Shown here piece by piece: positions 9,307-19,000 of a stretch of 51,007 nt of DNA. Within the stretch, counting starts at the first letter, position 1, and every line of letters starts with the position of its first letter. The stretch lies in NCBI GenBank assembly GCA_045807245.1, contig JBJMHS010000052.1:1-51007 (forward strand), in the 5' to 3' direction. This DNA comes from Actinomycetales bacterium. Lineage in GTDB: Bacteria; Actinomycetota; Actinomycetes; Actinomycetales; CAVURS01. The notes beneath the pieces were generated by a model, which was given only the letters and a program-made list of their open reading frames with translations, made no database searches and was not told the DNA's origin. The translations under genes and the position numbers were made by a program.

Positions 9307-10302
9307 CTACGCCGAGTAGACCCGGTACGCCGCCTCCCACAGCTCGCCGTCGGCCGGCTGGTCGTGCGGGTCGTGGCGCTGCAGCAGCAGGACCAGCATG
9401 TCGACCACGGCGTGCCAGCCGGCCGCGAAGTCCGGCCCCGAGCGAAGCGTGCCCTGCGCGACCACGTCGGGCGCCGCGCTCTGCCGCAGCCGTAGCACCG
9501 TCCCGTCGGTCGTGGGCTCGACCTCGAAGGCAACTTCGGCGCCGACGGCGCCCCAGCGCACCACCATCCGTCGCCCAGGATCCATGGCCAGCACCTCGAA
9601 GCTGCGCTTCGCCTCTTCGACGTTGGCGTCACCGAGCGAGAACCGGTCTCCGAGCTCGAGCGGTCGTTGGCGCGCCGGGTCGTCCGGCCACTCGACCACG
9701 GGCCAGAGCCACCGGCCGATGCGGTCCGGCTCGGTCAGTGCCGACCAGACCTCGGCCGGCTCGGCGTCGAGCAGCCGGTCGAGGGAGACGGTCCAGCCGC
9801 CCGGCTCGGTCCCGAGGTCGGCCGCGACGAGAGCCGCCTCCATCGTCCGGTACGACGCGCGCATGCCGTCCCAGTCCTGCTGCTCGACCGGCTCTCCCAG
9901 CACGCCGGCTAGCTCACTCAGGTAGTGCTGCCAGCCAGCACCACGCGAGCTCGCCTCGATGGCCTCGACCTGTGACTGCGTGAAGGTGAGCATCGACCCG
10001 CTCGAGGTGGGTTCGATGCGAACGTCGATCTCGCTCGGCGGCTCGCCGCGGAAGTTCCAGCTGACCACCAGCCGTTGCGGCGCAGCGCATTCCACGATCT
10101 TGCCGCTGACCGCCGGTACGTCGGCCCTCATCTGCAGGACGTACTCGTCGCCGTTCATTTGCACCGGCCCGAGCCAGCGCTCGATGCGGTCCGGCGATGT
10201 CACGGCGTCCCACACGTCAGCGGGTGTCGCGGAGTACTCGTGCCGCAGCGTCACCGTGCGCAGTGGACCGTCGGCCAGCAGGGTGCCCCAGAGCTCAGTC
10301 AT
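9307..10302 (-). CDS. Tandem SRPBCC (AHSA1/START-like) domain protein
   Basis: Two repeats of the pattern VW.A.T.PDRI.RWL ... AGW. Confidence 0.85.
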   Translation of the reverse strand: MTELWGTLLADGPLRTVTLRHEYSATPADVWDAVTSPDRIERWLGPVQMNGDEYVLQMRADVPAVSGKIVECAAPQRLVVSWNFRGEPPSEIDVRIEPTSSGSMLTFTQSQVEAIEASSRGAGWQHYLSELAGVLGEPVEQQDWDGMRASYRTMEAALVAADLGTEPGGWTVSLDRLLDAEPAEVWSALTEPDRIGRWLWPVVEWPDDPARQRPLELGDRFSLGDANVEEAKRSFEVLAMDPGRRMVVRWGAVGAEVAFEVEPTTDGTVLRLRQSAAPDVVAQGTLRSGPDFAAGWHAVVDMLVLLLQRHDPHDQPADGELWEAAYRVYSA

Positions 10303-10643
10303 CTCTCGTCCTCCTCGGTCTTCTTGGTACGCCGGCTTCGGGCCAGCTCGGTCTCCAAGGCGTCCAAGCGCTGGGTCCAGAACGAGCGGACCTGCTCGAC
10401 CCAGTCGGCCAGGTCGTCGAACGTGTCGCGGTTGATCGCGTAGATCCGCTGCTGACCGTTCACGGTGCTCGTCACCACGTCGGCCTCGCGCAGCACCCGC
10501 AGGTGCCGCGACGTCGCCGGCTGGCTGATGCCGAACTCCTGGCCGATCCGCTCGGCCAAGTCACCGGCCGGGCTGTTGCCCCGAGCCAGCAGCTCCACGA
10601 TGCGCCGCCGTACCGGCTCGCCCAGTGCCTCGATCGCCTCCAT
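10299..10643 (-). CDS. ArsR/SmtB family regulator
   Basis: ALGEPVRRRIVELL, ISQPATSRHLRVLREA, W..RLDAL. Coupled to the SRPBCC gene (ATGA). Confidence 0.9.
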   Translation of the reverse strand: MEAIEALGEPVRRRIVELLARGNSPAGDLAERIGQEFGISQPATSRHLRVLREADVVTSTVNGQQRIYAINRDTFDDLADWVEQVRSFWTQRLDALETELARSRRTKKTEEDER

Positions 10644-10697
10644 GGCTGGGATGTTTGCATATCGAGTTATATAACGCAACCCTCAAATACTGAGCCT

Positions 10698-11216
10698 CTA
10701 CGCGTCTGGACGGAACAGGCCCATGTAGATGAGGTCGACGTAGGCGCCGGCGTTCCAGGCGTGCTCGCGCCGCCGGCCCTCCTCGACGAACCCGACCTTC
10801 GTGTACGCCGCGATCGCCCGCGGGTTGTTGGCCAGGACGGAGAGGTGCACCTTGCGCACGTTGCGCATCCGGAACGCGTAGTCCGTGGCCAGGCGGATCG
10901 CCTCGGTGCCGTAGCCGCGGCCCCAGTAGTCCTTGTCGCCGACCGTGACGCCGAGCTCCATGGTGCGGGCCTCGAGGTCCGCGTTGAACAGTCCCAGGTT
11001 GCCGATGACCTTGCCGTCCGCCTCCATGACGAACGAGGCGCCGGACCGGTCGTTGCTCAGCCGCTCCCACAGCTGCGCCATCCACTCGCGCGTCGTCGGC
11101 CTCGGTGGGTCCCCACCGCCCAGCAGCTCGGTCGCCAGGTCGTTCTGGAACGCCGTCAACGCATCCACGTCGTCGGGCCCGAACGCCCGCAGCAGCACCC
11201 TGTCTCCTTGGAGCAC
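10698..11216 (-). CDS. GNAT N-acetyltransferase (RimJ/RimL-like)
   Basis: YWGRGYGTEA, NPRAIAAYTKVGFVEEG. Confidence 0.9.
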   Translation of the reverse strand: MLQGDRVLLRAFGPDDVDALTAFQNDLATELLGGGDPPRPTTREWMAQLWERLSNDRSGASFVMEADGKVIGNLGLFNADLEARTMELGVTVGDKDYWGRGYGTEAIRLATDYAFRMRNVRKVHLSVLANNPRAIAAYTKVGFVEEGRRREHAWNAGAYVDLIYMGLFRPDA

Positions 11217-11255
11217 CTGCCGATCAAAGCAGGCCGCCGAAGCACCGGCACGTGG

Positions 11256-11735
11256 TTATGGCGGGTCGACGGCTGCGCGAGCGCGTGACTCGACCGTCAC
11301 GGTGATGCCACCGGACCAGGCCGACACGACCGGGCCGAGGAGCGGCAACCGCACCCGTCCGGACAGCTGGACGACCGCCGTACGCCCGTCGGGGCTCCCG
11401 GTGGCCGCACCGAGCAGCAGCCGGTCCACGTGGTTCGGCGGCAGGTACGTCTCGAGATACGAGCGCGCCGAGGAGCGGACCGTCTCGTCGGTCAGAGGCA
11501 CGTCGTCCTGGACTCCGACGCGGTAGACCGCACCGGCATCGGCCGCGTCAGCGGCATCGAGCGCCGTGGCGTCGGCGGCGTCACGGAGCTGCGTGCGCGC
11601 CAGATAGAGAGCCGTCACGTCGACGGCCACGATCACGAGCAGGACCGCGATCATCACGTAGCCGAGGATCAGGATCATGATCTGGCCGTCGTCCTCGGGG
11701 CGGCCCCGCCGAGACGCGGCACTCACGCAGCTCAT
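11256..11735 (-). CDS. TadG-like pilus assembly / pseudopilin protein
   Basis: EDDGQIMILILGY hydrophobic N-terminus and L..AADATALDAA Tad motif; ATGA overlap with the upstream gene. Confidence 0.8.
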   Translation of the reverse strand: MSCVSAASRRGRPEDDGQIMILILGYVMIAVLLVIVAVDVTALYLARTQLRDAADATALDAADAADAGAVYRVGVQDDVPLTDETVRSSARSYLETYLPPNHVDRLLLGAATGSPDGRTAVVQLSGRVRLPLLGPVVSAWSGGITVTVESRARAAVDPP

Positions 11736-12211
11736 CGGCGCGCGAACTCGTCCACGCTGGCCACGTGCGTGGCGCCCAGGGTGACGCTGACCGGGATGAC
11801 ATCGGACAGGAACCGTGGCACGCCCGGCAGGACCACGACGAGCTCCGTCCGCACAGTCACCCGAGCTCCCGGCTCGAGGCACGATCCGCTGTTGCAGGTG
11901 ATCGCGAGCTGCCCGGGCGCTGGCGGTCCGAAACCCTGGTCGTCGTATGCCAGCGACACCGCGGCGCTGGCGCGTACCTCTCCGGATCGCGCGTCCGGTG
12001 CAGTGACAAAGGCCCGGCTGCCCTCGCGCGCTGCCTGTTCGACCGCGAGCGAACCCGCCTGGATACGCGCAACGGTGATCACCAGGTAGACGAGCGGGAC
12101 CAGCAGCACTACCCCGAGGAAGACGAACTCGACCAAGGCACTCCCCTCGTCCGAGCCACCAGCGAAGCACCTGTGAAGCCACCCCGCGCGCACCCGGCCC
12201 CAACCGCTCAC
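11732..12211 (-). CDS. TadE-like pseudopilin
   Basis: DEGSALVEFVFLG...AAREGSRA. Confidence 0.85.
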   Translation of the reverse strand: MSGWGRVRAGWLHRCFAGGSDEGSALVEFVFLGVVLLVPLVYLVITVARIQAGSLAVEQAAREGSRAFVTAPDARSGEVRASAAVSLAYDDQGFGPPAPGQLAITCNSGSCLEPGARVTVRTELVVVLPGVPRFLSDVIPVSVTLGATHVASVDEFARR

Positions 12212-12597
12212 TGCCGCTCCGAGAAGGCATGACCGGTCACCTGCATCGCGCGGGAAGGTCCGAGGAAGCCGAACAGCGGCACAGGGGCGCGGATCCGGAC
12301 GACGACGGTACGGACACCGCCGACCGTCTCCTCATTCACCGTGACGTCCCCTGCATACGAGGCGTTCAAGGTCTGCACGACGAGCTCCTTCGTGGCCGGG
12401 ACCGCATCGGACGCCTGACGGTCGGCCCGCGCGGCATAGCGAGCACCTTCGGCCGCGCAGGACACGAGCATGTTGTGCACGTAGAGCGCGAGGCCGAGCT
12501 GGACGACGGCGGCGAACAACACGGTGAGGAGCGAACCGACCAGCGCGAAGTCAACGACCGCCGAGCCGGCATCCCGATCGAGGCCGCGAGCCCTCAC
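12208..12597 (-). CDS. TadE/TadF-like pseudopilin
   Basis: DAGSAVVDFALV...AAEGARYAA; GTGA overlap with the pilin gene. Confidence 0.85.
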   Translation of the reverse strand: MRARGLDRDAGSAVVDFALVGSLLTVLFAAVVQLGLALYVHNMLVSCAAEGARYAARADRQASDAVPATKELVVQTLNASYAGDVTVNEETVGGVRTVVVRIRAPVPLFGFLGPSRAMQVTGHAFSERQ

Positions 12598-12791
12598 GGA
12601 CCTTTCACGCTGTCGACCGCGCTGGTGAACAACTGACCGAGCTTCGGGCCGGCGATCGCCCACAACGCCACCACCAGGCCGGCCGTCATGATCGTCACCA
12701 GCACCCAACCCGGCACGTCCCCACGGTCCCTCGGTCCGTCGAGCACGCGACGTATGACGCGATCACGTTGCGAGACAAGGAAACTGAGCAT
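12594..12791 (-). CDS. Small Flp-like major pilin candidate
   Basis: 65 aa; DRG|DVPGWV followed by a hydrophobic helix; sits between tadC and tadE. Confidence 0.75.
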   Translation of the reverse strand: MLSFLVSQRDRVIRRVLDGPRDRGDVPGWVLVTIMTAGLVVALWAIAGPKLGQLFTSAVDSVKGP

Positions 12792-12802
12792 CTTCTCCCC
12801 CT

Positions 12803-13747
12803 CTAGATGGTGAATGACAGATAGGCGATCCCCGGATACACCGCGAACAGGATCGTGACCGGGAGGACAAGGAAGACGACGGGGACCATCATCGCGATCT
12901 CCTTCTTTCCACCCGCTTCCATCAGCGCCCGCCGACCCGACTCACGAACGTCTTGAGCCTGCGCGCGTAGCACGTCGGCCAGCGGTGTTCCGCGTTCCAC
13001 GGCCACGACTACTCCATCAACGAAACGCGCGAGACTGGGCAAGCCCGTGCGGTCACCGAGGTTCTGGAGCGCCTCCGGCAGCGGTGCGCCCGCTCGGGCA
13101 TCGGCGAGACAGCGTCTGAGCTCGACGGCCAGGTCACCGCCCTCGAACCGACACACCCGCTCCAGTGCGCCCACGGCACCTTCGCCCGCCGCAACCGCGA
13201 GTGCGAGCAGCTCGGCTGTCGTCGGAAACTCAGCGAGGATCCGCTCCTCACGGGCGGTCGCTCGCCGGCTCAGACCGTGGTCGCAGGCCACGACGCCTGC
13301 AACTGCCGCTGCCACGACCATCACGACCGCCAGCGCCGGACCGATCCGACCCGTGCCCCATAACAACCCGGCCCCGAGGAGCCCGAGACCGGCACCGACA
13401 GATGCCCACACGACCTGCTCGGCTCGAAAGGCCTCCAGGTCGGGATCGCGCCCGGCCCGTTCAAGCCGGCGTCTGGCCGAGGCGCCCCCACCGAAGATGC
13501 GCTCGACGGTTCGCACCGCGTCGGCCATGACCGGCTCGAGCAGCCGTTCGAGGATCGGGAACGGCGTGTGCAGTGGCCCTTTGGGGACCATCAGCCCGCT
13601 GGGCCGAGGGGTGTCCCGCAGGTACGGCGCCAGCCGGTCATCCAGGGTGGCGCGTCGCGACCAGGGCATGCGCAGGACGACGAGCCAGAGGCCGAGCCCG
13701 GCTGCCAGGCCCACGGCGACGCCGGGCAGAGACCAGGACCGGTTCAT
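12803..13747 (-). CDS. tadC: TadC-like T2SS-F family membrane protein
   Basis: ELLALAVAAGE, ERGTPLADVLRAQA, MMVPVVFLVLP; ATGA overlap with tadB. Confidence 0.85.
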   Translation of the reverse strand: MNRSWSLPGVAVGLAAGLGLWLVVLRMPWSRRATLDDRLAPYLRDTPRPSGLMVPKGPLHTPFPILERLLEPVMADAVRTVERIFGGGASARRRLERAGRDPDLEAFRAEQVVWASVGAGLGLLGAGLLWGTGRIGPALAVVMVVAAAVAGVVACDHGLSRRATAREERILAEFPTTAELLALAVAAGEGAVGALERVCRFEGGDLAVELRRCLADARAGAPLPEALQNLGDRTGLPSLARFVDGVVVAVERGTPLADVLRAQAQDVRESGRRALMEAGGKKEIAMMVPVVFLVLPVTILFAVYPGIAYLSFTI

Positions 13748-14607
13748 CGCAGCACCCGCTGCTCCTCGGGCAGCCGCCCGATACGAAGCATGACCCGGTA
13801 GGCCAGGAGGGAGCAGGCACCGCCCACGAGCAGCACCAGAACGCCGGCAGGCCTGTCGTAGGCCTCGACTGCCTGGTGGCGGGTACTCATCATCGCCAGG
13901 ACGATCCACGGAGCCGCTACGGCGAGCCGGGCACCATTCACCGTCCAGCCCTGCCTCGTCTCCAGCTCACCGCGCGTCCGCGCGTCCTCCCGCAAGAAGC
14001 CCGCGAGCGTTCTGAGCAGCCGGCCGAGGTCGCTGCCGCCCACCTCGCGGGCGAGCCGCAGCGCTTCGACCAGACGATCTGCCGTCGGGTCGGCGAGCCT
14101 GTCCTTGAGCCGGTCGAGGCAGTCACCGAAGCGGCCGGTCGCGCGATAGTCCTCGGCGAACGTCGTGAATGCGGGGCGGAGCTCGTCCGGACCCCGGACG
14201 CTCAGCTGACTCAGCGCCTCGGGCAGGGACAGACCGGCGCGCACCGCCGACGTCAGGTTGTCCACGGCGTCCGGCCACAGGTCACGAAGGACAGCCCGGC
14301 GCCGGCGCGCGCGGAAGCGGACCAGCGCGATCGGCGCCCAGGTCGCCATCGCGCCGAAGCACAGCGCGATCGCCGGCACCCCCGTCACCGCGACGACGGC
14401 CAGGCTGACGACGCCACCCAGCGCCAGGCCGGTCGCTACCAGGCCACGGGCGGACACGTTGGTCACTCCCGCCTGAGCCAGCTCGTCCGTGAGCACCCTG
14501 TCGACTACGCCGCTGGCGCGCCCGGATGCGAGCCCGCGCGGCCAGAAGGACCACCACACGCAGAACACGCCCGCGCCGAGGAGCAGCCCCACCCATACGC
14601 CCGCCAC
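13744..14607 (-). CDS. tadB: TadB-like T2SS-F family membrane protein
   Basis: WPDAVDNLTSAVRAGLSLPEAL, REVGGSDLGRLL. Confidence 0.85.
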   Translation of the reverse strand: MAGVWVGLLLGAGVFCVWWSFWPRGLASGRASGVVDRVLTDELAQAGVTNVSARGLVATGLALGGVVSLAVVAVTGVPAIALCFGAMATWAPIALVRFRARRRRAVLRDLWPDAVDNLTSAVRAGLSLPEALSQLSVRGPDELRPAFTTFAEDYRATGRFGDCLDRLKDRLADPTADRLVEALRLAREVGGSDLGRLLRTLAGFLREDARTRGELETRQGWTVNGARLAVAAPWIVLAMMSTRHQAVEAYDRPAGVLVLLVGGACSLLAYRVMLRIGRLPEEQRVLR

Positions 14608-14614
14608 CGCTGCC

Positions 14615-15847
14615 TCAGACGGCTTCCGGCGCCAACAGCGCCGCCAGGTCGTACCCACGGGCCCGGAAACGATCCGCATGTGGAGGGAACCCTTCGGCCC
14701 GCACGAGGGCATGGCTACGCGTGGAGAAGATGTCGGCCACCTCAACCACGTCACCCTCCACCCGCCCGGGCAACGCGACGATCTCGCGCACACGCCGTAC
14801 TCCGTCGTGGTCCAAGACCACGTGGACGACGAGGTCAACGCACGCGGCGACGGTGGGCACGACGAACGACGCGCTCACGTTCTCGCCGGCCAGGAGTGGC
14901 AGCGTGCAGATCTTCGTGACCGCTTCGCGGGCGCTGTTCGCGTGGATCGTGCACATGCCGGGCAGGCCCGAGTTGAGGGCGATCAGCAGGTCCAGACTCT
15001 CGGCCTGCCGGACCTCGCCCACGATGATGCGCGAGGGCCGCATGCGCAGGGCCTCCTTGACGAGGCGGCGCAACGGGATCTCTCCCGTCCCCTCCAGACT
15101 CGGTTGGCGGCACTGCATCGAGACCACGTCGCGAAGCGGCACCTTCAGCTCGAAGACCTCCTCGCAGGTGATGACTCGGTCCCGTCCGGGCAGCGCAGCG
15201 GCCAGGCAGTTGAGCAGCGTCGTCTTGCCGGCCTGGGTGCCACCGGCGACCAGGATGTTGAGCCCACTCGACGCAGCGGCGGCGAGGAAGGCCGCAGCCG
15301 CGGGCGTGAGCGTTCCGAGCCGGACCAGGTCGTCCAGCTGGTCCGCCTTGACGACGAACTTGCGGATGTTGACGGCCCAGTGCTCACGGGTGACGTCCGG
15401 GATGACGACGTGCAGGCGCGAGCCGTCGGCGAGCATGGCGTCGACGAACGGCGAGCTGAGGTCGACCCGGCGGCCGGAGCTCTTCAACATCCGCTCGACC
15501 AAGTCGCGCACCTGGTCGGCCGTGAGGATCGTGGTCGTGAGCTCGGGCACGCCGGCCCGGGCGACGAACACCTTGCCCGGCTCGTTGACCCAGATCTCCT
15601 CGACGGTCGGGTCGTCGAGATACTGCTGGAGCGGCCCCAGCCCTGCGACTGCGTCGAGCAGCTGCTTGACCGTCCCCGGTACGTCGACCAACGACGGAAG
15701 GCCGCCGGCCAGAGAGCGCTCGTCGTAGTCGAGGACCGCGTCGTTGACGAGATCACGCGCGGCGGCCAGGTTGCGCACCGGGTCCACGCCGGTGCGGCGG
15801 ATGAGCTCACGCACCTCCGCCTCGACGATGGCGACGCCGTCAGTCAC
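14615..15847 (-). CDS. cpaF: CpaF/TadA pilus assembly ATPase
   Basis: GGTQAGKTT, ALRMRPSRIIVGEVR, CTIHANS; GAAGGGGG RBS before the GTG. Confidence 0.93.
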   Translation of the reverse strand: MTDGVAIVEAEVRELIRRTGVDPVRNLAAARDLVNDAVLDYDERSLAGGLPSLVDVPGTVKQLLDAVAGLGPLQQYLDDPTVEEIWVNEPGKVFVARAGVPELTTTILTADQVRDLVERMLKSSGRRVDLSSPFVDAMLADGSRLHVVIPDVTREHWAVNIRKFVVKADQLDDLVRLGTLTPAAAAFLAAAASSGLNILVAGGTQAGKTTLLNCLAAALPGRDRVITCEEVFELKVPLRDVVSMQCRQPSLEGTGEIPLRRLVKEALRMRPSRIIVGEVRQAESLDLLIALNSGLPGMCTIHANSAREAVTKICTLPLLAGENVSASFVVPTVAACVDLVVHVVLDHDGVRRVREIVALPGRVEGDVVEVADIFSTRSHALVRAEGFPPHADRFRARGYDLAALLAPEAV

Positions 15848-16006
15848 TGTGCCCCCTTCACTCCAACCCCCACCCGCGGCACAGACTGCCCCAAGTCGGG
15901 CAAGCCGTCCAGATGGGACATGTGGCCTGTGGATTACCAACTCGTACGACGTCGCATGTGGACGAGCTCGCCCGAGGACCAGGCGGCGCGCGGAACCATC
16001 TGGCGG

Positions 16007-19000
16007 ATGCGCCTTTGGGTGACCCTGGCCGACCGCGACGGCACGCTCACCGATGTGCTGGTCCACTGCCCGGCCGGTACGACGTTCGGCGAGCTGCGCG
16101 GTCGTCTCTCCCTCGGTCAGGGGAGCACCGAGGTCGGCTTCCGCTACGTCGGCCCGGTTGAGCTGAGCGACGACGCACCGGTTGGTCTGCCACCCCTACT
16201 GGACGGCGTAGTCATCAGCGTAACGGCGTCGTCGGCTTCATGGGCCTCAACGTCGGCCGGGCCTATCATCAGCGGAAAGCCGTCCGCAGCAACATCTTTC
16301 GACGGCCTCGGGCACATACTCGTGAACCGGTCCCCCCGCACAAGACCGCCGGCGCCGAAGCGCGAGATCCACTTCCCAGAACGCCCAAAGAGCACGCCGA
16401 AGAGCCGGATCCCCGCGCTGGCTGCCTCGGTGCCGCTTCTGCTTTCCGTGATAGTTGCCTGGGTACAACAGTCTCCGACCTATCTGCTCTTCGGCCTGAT
16501 GAGCCCAGCCATGATCGTGAGCAGCGCAGCCGGCGACCGGCTCACCGGTCGGCGAACGTGGCGATCCAGCCTGCGCACGTGGGCAGCTGCGCGGGACGCC
16601 GCCGATGCGTCCCTGACGAAGGCACTGGCCGCCGAGGCGGCCTGGCGCCACGCCGTACATCCCGATCTGGAGGTGCTAGGTGAAGCGGCGGCCCGCCCGA
16701 CGACCCAGCTCTGGGAGCGCGGGAGGTCCGACGACGACTTCCTCGCTCTGCGGGTGGGCGTGGGCTCCCGCCCGGCCCGTGTATCCGCGACCGGCGACGG
16801 CGGCCCGGCCGGTCGTCGGCTCACCGTGGACGACGTCCCGGTCACCGTGGGGTTGACCTCCCTCGGCGTACTCGGTGTCTGTGGCGACTCGGAGGAAGTC
16901 CGCCAGCTCGTCCGTTCGCTGGTCGCCCAGGTGGCCGGTTGGCACAGCCCGCGGGACGTCCGGCTGACGTTGCTCGCTTCGGACACCGTTCAGCTGCGCG
17001 AGTGGGCGTGGGTGGGCCTCTTGCCCCACGCCCGAGAAAACGACTCGGTGGACGTCTTGTGCGGAGTCGGGTCGCTCGCCGTCGAGGGTCAGGTCCGTGC
17101 TCGGGTCACCGAGCTGGAAGCGGTCCTCGACGAGCGGCTGGGGTCCACGCGTGGTCAGCCGGACACGGGTCCGTTCCCCCGGCACGTCCTCGTGCTCGTG
17201 GGAGCTGGGCGGCTGCGCGGTGTCCCGGGTGTGGCGCGCCTGCTGTCCTATGGACCGGAGGCGGGTCTGACGGCCATCTGCGTCGACATCGACCGCGCGG
17301 ACCTGCCGCACGAATGTTGGGCGGTCGTCGAAGTCCTTGGTGCGGACGCCACTCGCAGGTCTGCCGCGACGGTGACCGGCCGCGACGGGGAGACTGCGCG
17401 CGTGGTCCCGGACCAGGTTGGAGCAGGCTGGGCCGACCGGTTCGCGCGCGCCCTCGCGCCCCTGCGCGACGCGACGCCGTCAGCGGCAGGCACTGTGCCG
17501 GACCAGGTCAACCTGGTGGACCTGGTCACCCGCGACGCGCTGGAGCCGGCGGGGCTGGCCCGGCGGTGGACGGCCCGGCCGCGGTCCACCACCTGTGTGC
17601 TCGGGATGGGGGCCGACGGAGTCTTCGCAGTGGACCTGTGCCACGACGGGCCGCACATCCTGGTCGGGGGCACGACCGGCTCCGGCAAGTCGGAGCTGCT
17701 CCAGACGTTGATCGCTTCTCTGGCGGTCGGCAACGCACCAGACCAGCTCGGCTTCGTGCTGGTCGACTACAAAGGCGGAGCAGCGTTCGCCGAGTGCGAT
17801 CTGCTGCCTCATGCCCTGGGTCTCGTGACGGATCTCGACGCACACCTGGCCGAACGCGCCCTGACCTCGTTGACGGCTGAGCTGACCCGCCGCGAACGAA
17901 TCCTGAGTGCCGCCGGCGTCAAGGACATCGACGACTACCTGGCGCAGGGATCTCGCGACGATGCCTGGATGCCCCGTCTGGTCCTGGTCATCGACGAGTT
18001 CCGGATGCTCGCCGAGGAGCTGCCGGCGTTCCTCGAGGGCGTCGTGCGCATTGCCGCGCTGGGTCGTTCTCTCGGCGTCCACCTCGTGCTCGCGACACAA
18101 CGGCCGGCCGGAGTGATCACGGCGGACATCGCCGCCAACGTCAACCTCCGGATTGCGCTTCGAGTGCGCGACCGTACTGACTCGGAGGATGTGATCGAGT
18201 CGCGCGAAGCCGCCGCGATCAGCCCCAGGACACCCGGCCGCGCTCTGGCCCGCTCAGGGCCGAACCCGCCGGTCATGTTCCAAGGCGCCAGGATCGCCGG
18301 CTCCGCCGGGGGACCCGCTCGCCTCGACGCGCTGAGACTCTCGACTGAGTCGCTCGGCCAGCCGCTTCCCCGGCCGACACGGGGTAGCAGGGGCGAGACC
18401 GACCTGGCCGCTCTCGTGCGGAGTCTGCGGGCCGCCTCGGACCGGCTCGGTATCCGACCCGCGCCTCGGCCCTGGCTGCCGCCCCTACCCGACATCGTGA
18501 CGCTCGACCAGCTCACGGCACCGAACGGCGGCTGGCACGCGCCGTACGGGGTCGTGGACCTGCCCGAACAACAGGCACAACGCACCGTGACCTGGGACCT
18601 CGCGCTGGACGCGCACCTCTTGCTGGTCGGCTCGCTGCGCACGGGTCGGACGAGCGCCTTGCGGACCATTGCCGGCTCCCTCGCCGCGCGCTTCGACGCG
18701 CGCCACGTGCATCTGCACGCAGTCGATGGTGGCTCAGGCGGCCTGGCGGCGCTCCGTCAGCTGCCGCAGGCAGGGGTCGTGGCCGCGGCCGAGGAGGTCG
18801 GCCGGTGCCTGCGGCTGCTCGACCTCCTCGCCGAGGAAGCCGTGCGGCGCCGCGCGCTGCTCGGCTCGGCCGGCTTGGCATCGCTCGCCGAACAACACCA
18901 GTACGCCGATCCGGCCGACCATCTGCCCTATCTCGTGCTGCTCGTCGACGGTTGGGAAACCGTTGCGGCCCAATGGGACACCGTCGACCATGGTCGACCG

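Noticed and set aside
7988..15937. Identical 11-mer CTGTGGATTAC as a target-site duplication or att pair flanking an 8-kb island
   Set aside because: There is no recombinase or transposase, and the enclosed genes are heterogeneous. A regulatory motif or chance explains it better.
14489..16006. Apparent 506-aa N-terminal extension making an 1826-aa CpaF-overlapping FtsK protein
   Set aside because: It is the antisense frame of cpaF. The recognisable protein starts at ATG 16007.
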